64,000 bases of DNA from Paragordius varius (Eukaryota; Animalia; Nematomorpha), in assembly GCA_964247055.1 (NCBI GenBank), contig OZ176050.1, forward strand, positions 1,302,001 to 1,366,000, read 5' to 3'. The position numbers and the translations under genes were made by a program. Positions 27,201-42,000 of this stretch are shown piece by piece. Each line of letters starts with the position of its first letter. Positions within the stretch are counted from its first letter, which is position 1. The notes beneath the pieces are model-generated. The model was not told the origin of the DNA. It was given only the letters and a program-made list of their open reading frames with translations, and did no database searches.

Positions 27201-30200
27201 TCAAGTTAAACTTTGTCCTTAAAAATCGAATATTGGTCACCGGTGAACAAAATTATTTTTTATACATTCTCTTAGCAAGACTACATCAAAATATAGAGAT
27301 AGTTTGACAAACTCTTTCATATCCGATTTTTACAACGATACTTTAAAAATTAATGTATAAAACTAGTCGCATCAATACTCAAGTTAAACTTTGTCCTTAA
27401 AAATCGGATATTGGTCACCGGTGAACAAAATTATTTTTTATACATTCTCTTAGTAAGACTACATCAAAATATAGAAATAGTTTGACTAACTCTTTCATAT
27501 CCGATTTTTACAACGATACTTTAAAAATTAATGTGTTAAACTAGTCGCATCAATACTCAAGTTAAACTTTGTCTTAAAAATCGGATATTGGTCACCGGTG
27601 AACAAAATTATTTTTTATATATTCTCTTAGTAAGACTACATCAAAATATAGAGATAGTTTGACAAACTCTTTCATATCCGATTTTTACAACGATACTTTA
27701 AAAATTAATGTATTAAACTAGTCGCATCAATACTCAAGTTAAACTTTGTCCTTAAAAATCGGATATTGGTCACCGGTCAAAATAATTTTTTATACATTCT
27801 CTTAGTAAGACTACAGCAAAATATAGATTTAGTTTGACAAACTCTTTCATATCCGATTTTTACAACGATACTTTAAAAATTAATGTATTAAACTAGTCGC
27901 ATCAATACTCAAGTTAAACTTTGTCCTTAAAAATCGGATATTGGTCACCGGTGAACAAAATTATTTTTTTTGCACTCTTAGCAAGACTACATCAAAATAT
28001 AGAGATAGTTTGACAAACGCTTTCATATCCGATTTTTACAACGATACTTTAAAAATTAATGTATAAAACTAGTCATATCAATAAATCGCATCAATACTCA
28101 AGTTAAACTTTGTCCTTAAAAATCGGATATTGGTCACCGGTGAACAAAATTATTTTTTATATATTCTCTTAGCAAGACTACATCAAAATATAGAGATAGT
28201 TTGACAAACTCTTTCATATCCGATTTTTACAAAGATACTTAAAAATTAATGTATAATACTAGTCGTATCAATAAATCGCATCAATACTCAAGTTAAACTT
28301 TGTCCTTAATCGGATATTGGTCACCGGTGAACAAAATTATTTTTTATACATTCTCTTAGTAGGACTACATCAAAATATAGAGATAGTTTGGCAAACTCTT
28401 TCATATCCGATTTTTACAACGATACTTTAAAAATTAATGTATAAAACTAGTCGCATCAATACTCAAGTTAAATTATGTCCTTAAAAATGGGATATTGGTC
28501 ACCGGTGAACAAAACTATTTTTTATACATTCTCTTAGTAAGACTACATCAAAATATAATAGTTTGACAAACTATTTCATATCCGATTTTTACAACCATAC
28601 TTTAAAAATTAATGTATAAAACTAGTCGCATCAATACTTAAGTTAAACTTTGTCCTTAAAAATCGGATATTGGTCACCGCTGAACAAAATTATTATTTAT
28701 ACATTCTCTTAGTAAGACTACATTAAAATATAGAAATAGTTTGACAAACTCTTTCATATCCGATTTTTACAACGATACTTTAATTAATGTGTTAAACTAG
28801 TCGCATCAATACTCAAATTAAACTTTGTCCTTAAAAATCGGATATTGGTCACCGGTGAACAAAATTATTTTTTATATATTCTCTTAGCAAGACTACATCA
28901 AAATATATATATAGTTTGACAAACTCTTTCATATCCGATTTTTACAACGATACTTAAAAATTAATGTATAAAACTAGTCGTATCAATAAATCGCATCAAT
29001 ACTCAAGTTAAACTTTGTCCTTAATCGGATATTGGTCACCGGTGAACAAAATTATTTTTTATACATTCTCTTAGTAGGACTACATCAAAATATAGAGATA
29101 GTTTGGCAAACTCTTTCATATCCGATTTTTACAACGATACTTTAAAAATTAATGTATAAAACTAGTCGCATCAATACTCAAGTTAAACTTTGTCCTTAAA
29201 AATCGAATATTGGTCACCGGTGAACAAAATTATTTTTTATACATTCTCTTAGCAAGACTACATCAAAATATAGAGATAGTTTGACAAACTCTTTCACGAT
29301 TTTTACAACGATACTTTAAAAATTAATGTACTCAAGTTAAATTTTGTCCTTAAAAATGGGATATTGGTCACCGGTGAACAAAACTATTTTTTATACATTC
29401 TCTTAGTAAGACTACATCAAAATATAATAGTTTGACAAACTATTTCATATCCGATTTTTACAACCATACTTTAAAAATTAATGTATAAAACTAGTCGCAT
29501 CAATACTTAAGTTAAACTTTGTCCTTAAAAATCGGATATTGGTCACCGCTGAACAAAATTATTATTTATACATTCTCTTAGTAAGACTACATTAAAATAT
29601 AGAAATAGTTTGACAAACTCTTTCATATCCGATTTTTACAACGATACTTTAAAAATTAATGTATAAAACTAGTCGCATCAATATTCAAGTTAAACTTTGT
29701 CCTTAAAAATCGGATATTGGTCACCGGTGAACAAAATTATTTTTTATATATTCTCTTAGCAAGACTACATCAAAATATAGAGATAGTTTGACAAACTCTT
29801 TCATATCCGATTTTTACAACGATACTTAAAAATTAATGTATAAAACTAGTCGTATCAATAAATCGCATCAATACTTAAGTTAAACTTTGTCCTTAAAAAT
29901 CGGATATTGGTCACCGCTGAACAAAATTATTATTTATACATTCTCTTAGTAAGACTACATCAAAATATAGAAATAGTTTGACAAACTCTTTCATATCCGA
30001 TTTTTACAACGATACTTTAAAAATTTAAGTGTTAAACTAGTCGTATCAATACTCAAATTAAACTTTGTCCTTAAAAATCGGATATTGGTCACCGGTGAAC
30101 AAAATAATTTTTTATATATTTTCTTAGCAAGACTACATCAAAATATAGAGATAGTTTGACAAACGCTTTCATATCCGATTTTTACAACGATACTTTAAAA

Positions 30201-31750
30201 ATTAATGTATAAAACTAGTCGAATCAATATTCAAGTTAAACTTTGTCCTTAAAAATCGAATATTGGTCACCGGTGAACAAAATTATTTTTTATACATTCT
30301 CTTAGTAAGACTACATCAAAATATAGAGATAGTTTGACAAACTCTTTCATATCCGATTTTTACAACGATACTTTAAAAATTAATGTGTTAAACTAGTCGC
30401 ATCAATACTCAAGTTAAACTTTGTCCTTAAAAATCGGATATTGGTCACCGGTGAACAAAATTAATTTTTATACATTCTCTTAGCAAGACTACATCAAAAT
30501 ATAGAGATAGTTTGACAAACTCTTTCATATCCGATTTTTACAACGATACTTAATTAATGTATAAAACTAGTCGCATCAATACTCAAGTTAAACTTTGTCC
30601 TTAAAAATCGAATATTGGTCACCGGTGAACAAAATTATTTTTTATACATTCTCTTAGTAAGACTACATCAAAATATAGAAATAGTTTGACTAACTCTTTC
30701 ATATCCGATTTTTACAACGATACTTTAAAAATTAATGTGTTAAACTAGTCGCATCAATACTCAAATTAAACTTTGTCCTTAAAAATCGGATATTGGTCAC
30801 CGGTGAACAAAATTATTTTTTATATATTCTCTTAGCAAGACTACATCAAAATATAGAGATAGTTTGACAAACTCTTTCATATCCGATTTTTACAACGATA
30901 CTTTAAAAATTAATGTATAAAACTAGTCGTATCAATACTCAAGTTAAACTTTGTCCTTAAAAATCGGATATTGGTCACCGGTGAACAAAATTAATTTTTA
31001 TACATTCTCTTAGCAAGACTACATCAAAATATAGAGATAGTTTGACAAACTCTTTCATATCCGATTTTTACAACGATACTTTAAAAATTAATGTATAAAA
31101 CTAGTCGCATCAATACTCAAGTTAAACTTTGTCCTTAAAAATCGGATATTGGTCACCGGTGAACAAAATTATTTTTTATACATTCTCTTAGTAAGACTAC
31201 ATCAAAATATAGAAATAGTTTGACTAACTCTTTCATATCCGATTTTTACAACGATACTTAAAAATTAATGTATAAAACTAGTCGTATCAATAAATCGCAT
31301 CAATACTTAAGTTAAACTTTGTCCTTAAAAATCGGATATTGGTCACCGCTGAACAAAATTATTATTTATACATTCTCTTAGTAAGACTACATCAAAATAT
31401 AGAAATAGTTTGACAAACTCTTTCATATCCGATTTTTACAACGATACTTTAAAAATTAATGTGTTAAACTAGTCGTATCAATACTCAAATTAAACTTTGT
31501 CCTTAAAAATCGGATATTGGTCACCGGTGAACAAAATAATTTTTTATATATTTTCTTAGCAAGACTACATCAAAATATAGAGATAGTTTGACAAACGCTT
31601 TCATATCCGATTTTTACAACGATACTTTAAAAATTAATGTATAAAACTAGTCGTATCAATAAATCGCATCAATACTCAAGTTAAACTTTGTCCTTAAAAA
31701 TAGGATATTGGTCACCGGTGAACAAAATTATTTTTTATACATTCTCTTAG
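18271..31750. repeat. Dispersed duplication 18271-22109 = 28103-31750 (offset 9,832 bp, then 9,641 bp)
   Basis: Shared rare markers: ACAAAGATAC (18402/28234), ATAATACTAG, CCTTAATCGG, AAATTATGTCC, TTTCACGATT, AATTTAAGTG (20197/30029). The offset drops by 191 bp at 20389/30221. Confidence 0.9.
22950..28126. repeat. 8-monomer higher-order repeat (~1,427 bp), with further copies at ~37.0-39.6 kb and ~44.2-46.7 kb
   Basis: Marker ACCGGTCAAAA at 23320, 24925, 26352, 27778 (spacing 1605, 1427, 1426), at 37420/38847 and at 44549/45976. It is linked with TTTTTGCACTCT, GTCATATC, CTTGGTCC and TGTCTTAAAA. Confidence 0.88.
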
Positions 31751-34700
31751 CAAGACTACATCAAAATATAGAGATAGTTTGACAAACTCTTTCATATCCG
31801 ATTTTTACAACGATACTTTAAAAATTAATGTATAAAACTAGTCGCATCAATACTCAAGTTAAACTTTGTCCTTAAAAATCGGATATTGGTCACCGGTGAA
31901 CAAAATTATTTTTTATATATTCTCTTAGCAAGACTACATCAAAATATAGAGATAGTTTGACAAACTCTTTCATATCCGATTTTTACAACGATACTTAAAA
32001 ATTAATGTATAAAACTAGTCGTATCAATAAATCGCATCAATACTTAAGTTAAACTTTGTCCTTAAAAATCGGATATTGGTCACCGCTGAACAAAATTATT
32101 ATTTATACATTCTCTTAGTAAGACTACATCAAAATATAGAAATAGTTTGACAAACTCTTTCATATCCGATTTTTACAACGATACTTTAAAAATTTAAGTG
32201 TTAAACTAGTCGTATCAATACTCAAATTAAACTTTGTCCTTAAAAATCGGATATTGGTCACCGGTGAACAAAATAATTTTTTATATATTTTCTTAGCAAG
32301 ACTACATCAAAATATAGAGATAGTTTGACAAACGCTTTCATATCCGATTTTTACAACGATACTTTAAAAATTAATGTATAAAACTAGTCGAATCAATATT
32401 CAAGTTAAACTTTGTCCTTAAAAATCGAATATTGGTCACCGGTGAACAAAATTATTTTTTATACATTCTCTTAGTAAGACTACATCAAAATATAGAGATA
32501 GTTTGACAAACTCTTTCATATCCGATTTTTACAACGATACTTTAAAAATTAATGTGTTAAACTAGTCGCATCAATACTCAAGTTAAACTTTGTCCTTAAA
32601 AATCGGATATTGGTCACCGGTGAACAAAATTAATTTTTATACATTCTCTTAGCAAGACTACATCAAAATATAGAGATAGTTTGACAAACTCTTTCATATC
32701 CGATTTTTACAACGATACTTAATTAATGTATAAAACTAGTCGCATCAATACTCAAGTTAAACTTTGTCCTTAAAAATCGAATATTGGTCACCGGTGAACA
32801 AAATTATTTTTTATACATTCTCTTAGTAAGACTACATCAAAATATAGAAATAGTTTGACTAACTCTTTCATATCCGATTTTTACAACGATACTTTAAAAA
32901 TTAATGTGTTAAACTAGTCGCATCAATACTCAAATTAAACTTTGTCCTTAAAAATCGGATATTGGTCACCGGTGAACAAAATTATTTTTTATATATTCTC
33001 TTAGCAAGACTACATCAAAATATAGAGATAGTTTGACAAACTCTTTCATATCCGATTTTTACAACGATACTTTAAAAATTAATGTATAAAACTAGTCGTA
33101 TCAATACTCAAGTTAAACTTTGTCCTTAAAAATCGGATATTGGTCACCGGTGAACAAAATTAATTTTTATACATTCTCTTAGCAAGACTACATCAAAATA
33201 TAGAGATAGTTTGACAAACTCTTTCATATCCGATTTTTACAACGATACTTTAAAAATTAATGTATAAAACTAGTCGCATCAATACTCAAGTTAAACTTTG
33301 TCCTTAAAAATCGGATATTGGTCACCGGTGAACAAAATTATTTTTTATACATTCTCTTAGTAAGACTACATCAAAATATAGAAATAGTTTGACTAACTCT
33401 TTCATATCCGATTTTTACAACGATACTTAAAAATTAATGTATAAAACTAGTCGTATCAATACTCAAGTTAAACTTTGTCCTTAAAAATCGAATATTGGTC
33501 ACCGGTGAACAAAATTTTTTATACATTCTCTTAGCAAGACTACATCAAAATATAGAGATAGTTTGACAAACTCTTTCACGATTTTTACAACGATACTTTA
33601 AAAATTAATGTACTCAAGTTAAATTTTGTCCTTAAAAATGGGATATTGGTCACCGGTGAACAAAACTATTTTTTATACATTCTCTTAGTAAGACTACATC
33701 AAAATATAATAGTTTGACAAACTATTTCATATCCGATTTTTACAACCATACTTTAAAAATTAATGTATAAAACTAGTCGCATCAATACTTAAGTTAAACT
33801 TTGTCCTTAAAAATCGGATATTGGTCACCGCTGAACAAAATTATTATTTATACATTCTCTTAGTAAGACTACATTAAAATATAGAAATAGTTTGACAAAC
33901 TCTTTCATATCCGATTTTTACAACGATACTTTAAAAATTAATGTATAAAACTAGTCGCATCAATATTCAAGTTAAACTTTGTCCTTAAAAATCGGATATT
34001 GGTCACCGGTGAACAAAATTATTTTTTATATATTCTCTTAGCAAGACTACATCAAAATATAGAGATAGTTTGACAAACTCTTTCATATCCGATTTTTACA
34101 ACGATACTTAAAAATTAATGTATAAAACTAGTCGTATCAATAAATCGCATCAATACTTAAGTTAAACTTTGTCCTTAAAAATCGGATATTGGTCACCGCT
34201 GAACAAAATTATTATTTATACATTCTCTTAGTAAGACTACATCAAAATATAGAAATAGTTTGACAAACTCTTTCATATCCGATTTTTACAACGATACTTT
34301 AAAAATTTAAGTGTTAAACTAGTCGTATCAATACTCAAATTAAACTTTGTCCTTAAAAATCGGATATTGGTCACCGGTGAACAAAATAATTTTTTATATA
34401 TTTTCTTAGCAAGACTACATCAAAATATAGAGATAGTTTGACAAACGCTTTCATATCCGATTTTTACAACGATACTTTAAAAATTAATGTATAAAACTAG
34501 TCGAATCAATATTCAAGTTAAACTTTGTCCTTAAAAATCGAATATTGGTCACCGGTGAACAAAATTATTTTTTATACATTCTCTTAGTAAGACTACATCA
34601 AAATATAGAGATAGTTTGACAAACTCTTTCATATCCGATTTTTACAACGATACTTTAAAAATTAATGTGTTAAACTAGTCGCATCAATACTCAAGTTAAA

Positions 34701-36032
34701 CTTTGTCCTTAAAAATCGGATATTGGTCACCGGTGAACAAAATTAATTTTTATACATTCTCTTAGCAAGACTACATCAAAATATAGAGATAGTTTGACAA
34801 ACTCTTTCATATCCGATTTTTACAACGATACTTAATTAATGTATAAAACTAGTCGCATCAATACTCAAGTTAAACTTTGTCCTTAAAAATCGAATATTGG
34901 TCACCGGTGAACAAAATTATTTTTTATACATTCTCTTAGTAAGACTACATCAAAATATAGAAATAGTTTGACTAACTCTTTCATATCCGATTTTTACAAC
35001 GATACTTTAAAAATTAATGTGTTAAACTAGTCGCATCAATACTCAAATTAAACTTTGTCCTTAAAAATCGGATATTGGTCACCGGTGAACAAAATTATTT
35101 TTTATATATTCTCTTAGCAAGACTACATCAAAATATAGAGATAGTTTGACAAACTCTTTCATATCCGATTTTTACAACGATACTTTAAAAATTAATGTAT
35201 AAAACTAGTCGTATCAATACTCAAGTTAAACTTTGTCCTTAAAAATCGGATATTGGTCACCGGTGAACAAAATTAATTTTTATACATTCTCTTAGCAAGA
35301 CTACATCAAAATATAGAGATAGTTTGACAAACTCTTTCATATCCGATTTTTACAACGATACTTTAAAAATTAATGTATAAAACTAGTCGCATCAATACTC
35401 AAGTTAAACTTTGTCCTTAAAAATCGGATATTGGTCACCGGTGAACAAAATTATTTTTTATACATTCTCTTAGTAAGACTACATCAAAATATAGAAATAG
35501 TTTGACTAACTCTTTCATATCCGATTTTTACAACGATACTTAAAAATTAATGTATAAAACTAGTCGTATCAATAAATCGCATCAATACTTAAGTTAAACT
35601 TTGTCCTTAAAAATCGGATATTGGTCACCGCTGAACAAAATTATTATTTATACATTCTCTTAGTAAGACTACATCAAAATATAGAAATAGTTTGACAAAC
35701 TCTTTCATATCCGATTTTTACAACGATACTTTAAAAATTAATGTGTTAAACTAGTCGTATCAATACTCAAATTAAACTTTGTCCTTAAAAATCGGATATT
35801 GGTCACCGGTGAACAAAATAATTTTTTATATATTTTCTTAGCAAGACTACATCAAAATATAGAGATAGTTTGACAAACGCTTTCATATCCGATTTTTACA
35901 ACGATACTTTAAAAATTAATGTATAAAACTAGTCGTATCAATAAATCGCATCAATACTCAAGTTAAACTTTGTCCTTAAAAATAGGATATTGGTCACCGG
36001 TGAACAAAATTATTTTTTATACATTCTCTTAG
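29207..36032. repeat. Nested duplications: 29207-31750 = 33492-36032 (offset 4,282) with an intervening partial copy at offset 2,169
   Basis: AATTTAAGTG at 30029, 32198, 34311. TTTCACGATT at 29298/33580. AAATAGGATAT at 31701/35983. Confidence 0.87.
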
Positions 36033-39000
36033 TAGGACTACATCAAAATATAGAGATAGTTTGGCAAACTCTTTCATATCCGATTTTTACAACGATACTT
36101 TAAAAATTAATGTATAAAACTAGTCGAATCAATATTCAAGTTAAACTTTGTCCTTAAAAATCGAATATTGGTCACCGGTGAACAAAATTATTTTTTATAC
36201 ATTCTCTTAGTAAGACTACATCAAAATATAGAGATAGTTTGACAAACTCTTTCATATCCGATTTTTACAACGATACTTAAAAAATTAATGTGTTAAACTA
36301 GTCGCATCAATACTCAAGTTAAACTTTGTCCTTAAAAATGGGATATTGGTCACCGGTGAACAAAATTAATTTTTATACATTCTCTTAGCAAGACTACATC
36401 AAAATATAGAGATAGTTTGACAAACTCTTTCATATCCGATTTTTACAACGATACTTAATTAATGTATAAAACTAGTCGCATCAATACTCAAGTTAAACTT
36501 TGTCCTTAAAAATCGAATATTGGTCACCGGTGAACAAAATTATTTTTTATACATTCTCTTAGTAAGACTACATCAAAATATAGAAATAGTTTGACTAACT
36601 CTTTCATATCCGATTTTTACAACGATACTTTAAAAATTAATGTGTTAAACTAGTCGCATCAATACTCAAATTAAACTTTGTCCTTAAAATCGGATATTGG
36701 TCACCGGTGAACAAAATTATTTTTTATATATTCTCTTAGCAAGACTACATCAAAATATAGAGATAGTTTGACAAACTCTTTCATATCCGATTTTTACAAC
36801 GATACTTTAAAAATTAATGTATAAAACTAGTCGTATCAATACTCAAGTTAAACTTTGTCCTTAAAAATCGGATATTGGTCACCGGTGAACAAAATTAATT
36901 TTTATACATTCTCTTAGCAAGACTACATCAAAATATAGAGATAGTTTGACAAACTCTTTCATATCCGATTTTTACAACGATACTTTAAAAATTAATGTAT
37001 AAAACTAGTCGCATCAATACTCAAGTTAAACTTTGTCCTTAAAAATCGGATATTGGTCACCGGTGAACAAAATTATTTTTTATACATTCTCTTAGTAAGA
37101 CTACATCAAAATATAGAAATAGTTTGACTAACTCTTTCATATCCGATTTTTACAACGATACTTTAAAAATTAATGTGTTAAACTAGTCGCATCAATACTC
37201 AAGTTAAACTTTGTCTTAAAAATCGGATATTGGTCACCGGTGAACAAAATTATTTTTTATATATTCTCTTAGTAAGACTACATCAAAATATAGAGATAGT
37301 TTGACAAACTCGTTCATATCCGATTTTTACAACGATACTTTAAAAATTAATGTATTAAACTAGTCGCATCAATACTCAAGTTAAACTTTGTCCTTAAAAA
37401 TCGGATATTGGTCACCGGTCAAAATAATTTTTTATACATTCTCTTAGTAAGACTACAGCAAAATATAGATTTAGTTTGACAAACTCTTTCATATCCGATT
37501 TTTACAACGATACTTTAAAAATTAATGTATTAAACTAGTCGCATCAATACTCAAGTTAAACTTTGTCCTTAAAAATCGGATATTGGTCACCGGTGAACAA
37601 AATTATTTTTTTTGCACTCTTAGCAAGACTACATCAAAATATAGAGATAGTTTGACAAACACTTTCATATCCGATTTTTACAACGATACTTTAAAAATTA
37701 ATGTATAAAACTAGTCATATCAATAAATCGCATCAATACTCAAGTTAAACTTTGTCCTTAAAAATCGGATATTGGTCACCGGTGAACAAAATTATTTTTT
37801 ATACATTCTCTTAGTAGGACTACATCAAAATATAGAGATAGTTTGGCAAACTCTTTCATATCCGATTTTTACAACGATACTTTAAAAATTAATGTATAAA
37901 ACTAGTCGCATCAATATTCAAGTTAAACTTGGTCCTTAAAAATCGAATATTGGTCACCGGTGAACAAAATTATTTTTTATACATTCTCTTAGTAAGACTA
38001 CATCAAAATATAGAAATAGTTTGACTAACTCTTTCATATCCGATTTTTACAACGATACTTTAAAAATTAATGTGTTAAACTAGTCGCATCAATACTCAAA
38101 TTAAACTTTGTCCTTAAAAATCGGATATTGGTCACCGGTGAACAAAATTATTTTTTATATATTCTCTTAGCAAGACTACATCAAAATATAGAGATAGTTT
38201 GGCAAACTCTTTCATATCCGATTTTTACAACGATACTTAATTAATGTATAAAACTAGTCGCATCAATACTCAAGTTAAACTTTGTCCTTAAAAATCGAAT
38301 ATTGGTCACCGGTGAACAAAATTATTTTTTATACATTCTCTTAGCAAGACTACATCAAAATATAGAGATAGTTTGACAAACTCTTTCATATCCGATTTTT
38401 ACAACGATACTTTAAAAATTAATGTATAAAACTAGTCGCATCAATACTCAAGTTAAACTTTGTCCTTAAAAATCGGATATTGGTCACCGGTGAACAAAAT
38501 TATTTTTTATACATTCTCTTAGTAAGACTACATCAAAATATAGAAATAGTTTGACTAACTCTTTCATATCCGATTTTTACAACGATACTTTAAAAATTAA
38601 TGTGTTAAACTAGTCGCATCAATACTCAAGTTAAACTTTGTCTTAAAAATCGGATATTGGTCACCGGTGAACAAAATTATTTTTTATATATTCTCTTAGT
38701 TAGACTACATCAAAATATAGAGATAGTTTGACAAACTCTTTCATATCCGATTTTTACAACGATACTTTAAAAATTAATGTATTAAACTAGTCGCATCAAT
38801 ACTCAAGTTAAACTTTGTCCTTAAAAATCGGATATTGGTCACCGGTCAAAATAATTTTTTATACATTCTCTTAGTAAGACTACAGCAAAATATAGATTTA
38901 GTTTGACAAACTCTTTCATATCCGATTTTTACAACGATACTTTAAAAATTAATGTATTAAACTAGTCGCATCAATACTCAAGTTAAACTTTGTCCTTAAA

Positions 39001-42000
39001 AATCGGATATTGGTCACCGGTGAACAAAATTATTTTTTTTGCACTCTTAGCAAGACTACATCAAAATATAGAGATAGTTTGACAAACGCTTTCATATCCG
39101 ATTTTTACAACGATACTTTAAAAATTAATGTATAAAACTAGTCATATCAATAAATCGCATCAATACTCAAGTTAAACTTTGTCCTTAAAAATCGGATATT
39201 GGTCACCGGTGAACAAAATTATTTTTTATACATTCTCTTAGTAGGACTACATCAAAATATAGAGATAGTTTGGCAAACTCTTTCATATCCGATTTTTACA
39301 ACGATACTTTAAAAATTAATGTATAAAACTAGTCGCATCAATATTCAAGTTAAACTTGGTCCTTAAAAATCGAATATTGGTCACCGGTGAACAAAATTAT
39401 TTTTTATACATTCTCTTAGTAAGACTACATCAAAATATAGAAATAGTTTGACTAACTCTTTCATATCCGATTTTTACAACGATACTTTAAAAATTAATGT
39501 GTTAAACTAGTCGCATCAATACTCAAATTAAACTTTGTCCTTAAAAATCGGATATTGGTCACCGGTGAACAAAATTATTTTTTATATATTCTCTTAGCAA
39601 GACTACATCAAAATATAGAGATAGTTTGGCAAACTCTTTCATATCCGATTTTTACAACGATACTTAATTAATGTATAAAACTAGTCGCATCAATACTCAA
39701 GTTAAACTTTGTCCTTAAAAATCGAATATTGGTCACCGGTGAACAAAATTATTTTTTATACATTCTCTTAGTAAGACTACATCAAAATATAGAAATAGTT
39801 TGACTAACTCTTTCATATCCGATTTTTACAACGATACTTTAAAAATTAATGTGTTAAACTAGTCGCATCAATACTCAAATTAAACTTTGTCCTTAAAAAT
39901 CGGATATTGGTCACCGGTGAACAAAATTATTTTTTATATATTCTCTTAGCAAGACTACATCAAAATATAGAGATAGTTTGGCAAACTCTTTCATATCCGA
40001 TTTTTACAACGATACTTTAAAAATTAATGTATAAAATTAGTCGAATCAATATTCAAGTTAAACTTTGTCCTTAAAAATCGAATATTGGTCACCGGTGAAC
40101 AAAATTATTTTTTATACATTCTCTTAGTAAGACTACATCAAAATATAGAGATAGTTTGACAAACTCTTTCATATCCGATTTTTACAACGATACTTTAAAA
40201 ATTAATGTGTTAAACTAGTCGCATCAATACTCAAGTTAAACTTTGTCCTTAAAAATCGGATATTGGTCACCGGTGAACAAAATTAATTTTTATACATTCA
40301 CTTAGCAAGACTACATCAAAATATAGAAATAGTTTGACAAACTCTTTCATATCCGATTTTTACAACGATACTTTAAAAATTAATGTGTTAAACTAGTCGC
40401 ATCAATACTCAAATTAAACTTTGTCCTTAAAGATCGGATATTGGTTACCGGTGAACAAAATTATTTTTTATATATTCTCTTAGCAAGACTACATCAAAAT
40501 ATAGAGATAGTTTGACAAACTCTTTCATATCCGATTTTTACAACGATACTTTAAAAATTAATGTGTTAAACTAGTCGCATCAATACTCAAATTAAACTTT
40601 GTCCTTAAAAATCGGATATTGGTCACCGGTGAACAAAATTATTTTTTATATATTCTCTTAGCAAGACTACATCAAAATATAGAGATAGTTTGGCAAACTC
40701 TTTCATATCCGATTTTTACAACGATACTTTAAAAATTAATGTATAAAACTAGTCGAATCAATATTCAAGTTAAACTTTGTCCTTAAAAATCGAATATTGG
40801 TCACCGGTGAACAAAATAATTTTTTATACATTCTCTTAGTAAGACTACATCAAAATATAGAGATAGTTTGACAAACTCTTTCATATCCGATTTTTACAAC
40901 GATACTTTAAAAATTAATGTGTTAAACTAGTCGCATCAATACTCAAGTTAAACTTTGTCCTTAAAAATCGGATATTGGTCACCGGTGAACAAAATTAATT
41001 TTTATACATTCTCTTAGCAAGACTACATCAAGTTTGACAAACTCTTTCATATCCGATTTTTACAACGATACTTTAAAAATTAATGTGTTAAACTAGTCGC
41101 ATCAATACTCAAATTAAACTTTGTCCTTAAAAATCGGATATTGGTCACCGGTGAACAAAATTATTTTTTATATATTCTCTTAGCAAGACTACATCAAAAT
41201 ATAGAGATAGTTTGACAAACTCTTTCATATCCGATTTTTACAACGATACTTTAAAAATTAATGTATAAAACTAGTCGCATCAATATTCAAGTTAAACTTT
41301 GTCCTTAAAAATCGAATATTGGTCACCGGTGAACAAAATTATTTTTATACATTCTCTTAGTAAGACTACATCAAAATATAGAGATAGTTTGACAAACTCT
41401 TTCATATCCGATTTTTACAACGATATTTTAAAAATTAATGTGTTAAACTAGTCGCATCAATACTCAAGTTAAACTTTGTCCTTAAAAATCGGATATTGGT
41501 CACCGGTGAACAAAATTAATTTTTATACATTCTCTTAGCAAGACTACATCAAAATATAGAGATAGTTTGACAAACTCTTTCATATCCGATTTTTACAACG
41601 ATACTTTAAAAATTAATGTATAAAACTAGTCGCATCAATATTCAAGTTAAACTTTGTCCTTAAAAATCGCATATTGGTCACCGGTGAACAAAATTATTTT
41701 TTATACATTCTCTTAGTAAGACTACATCAAAATATAGAAATAGTTTGACTAACTCTTTCATATCCGATTTTTACAACGATACTTTAAAAATTAATGTGTT
41801 AAACTAGTCGCATCAATACTCAAATTAAACTTTGTCCTTAAAAATCGGATATTGGTCACCGGTGAACAAAATTAATTTTTATACATTCTCTTAGCAAGAC
41901 TACATCAAAATATAGAGATAGTTTGACAAACTCTTTCATATCCGATTTTTACAACGATACTTAATTAATGTATAAAACTAGTCGCATCAATACTCAAGTT

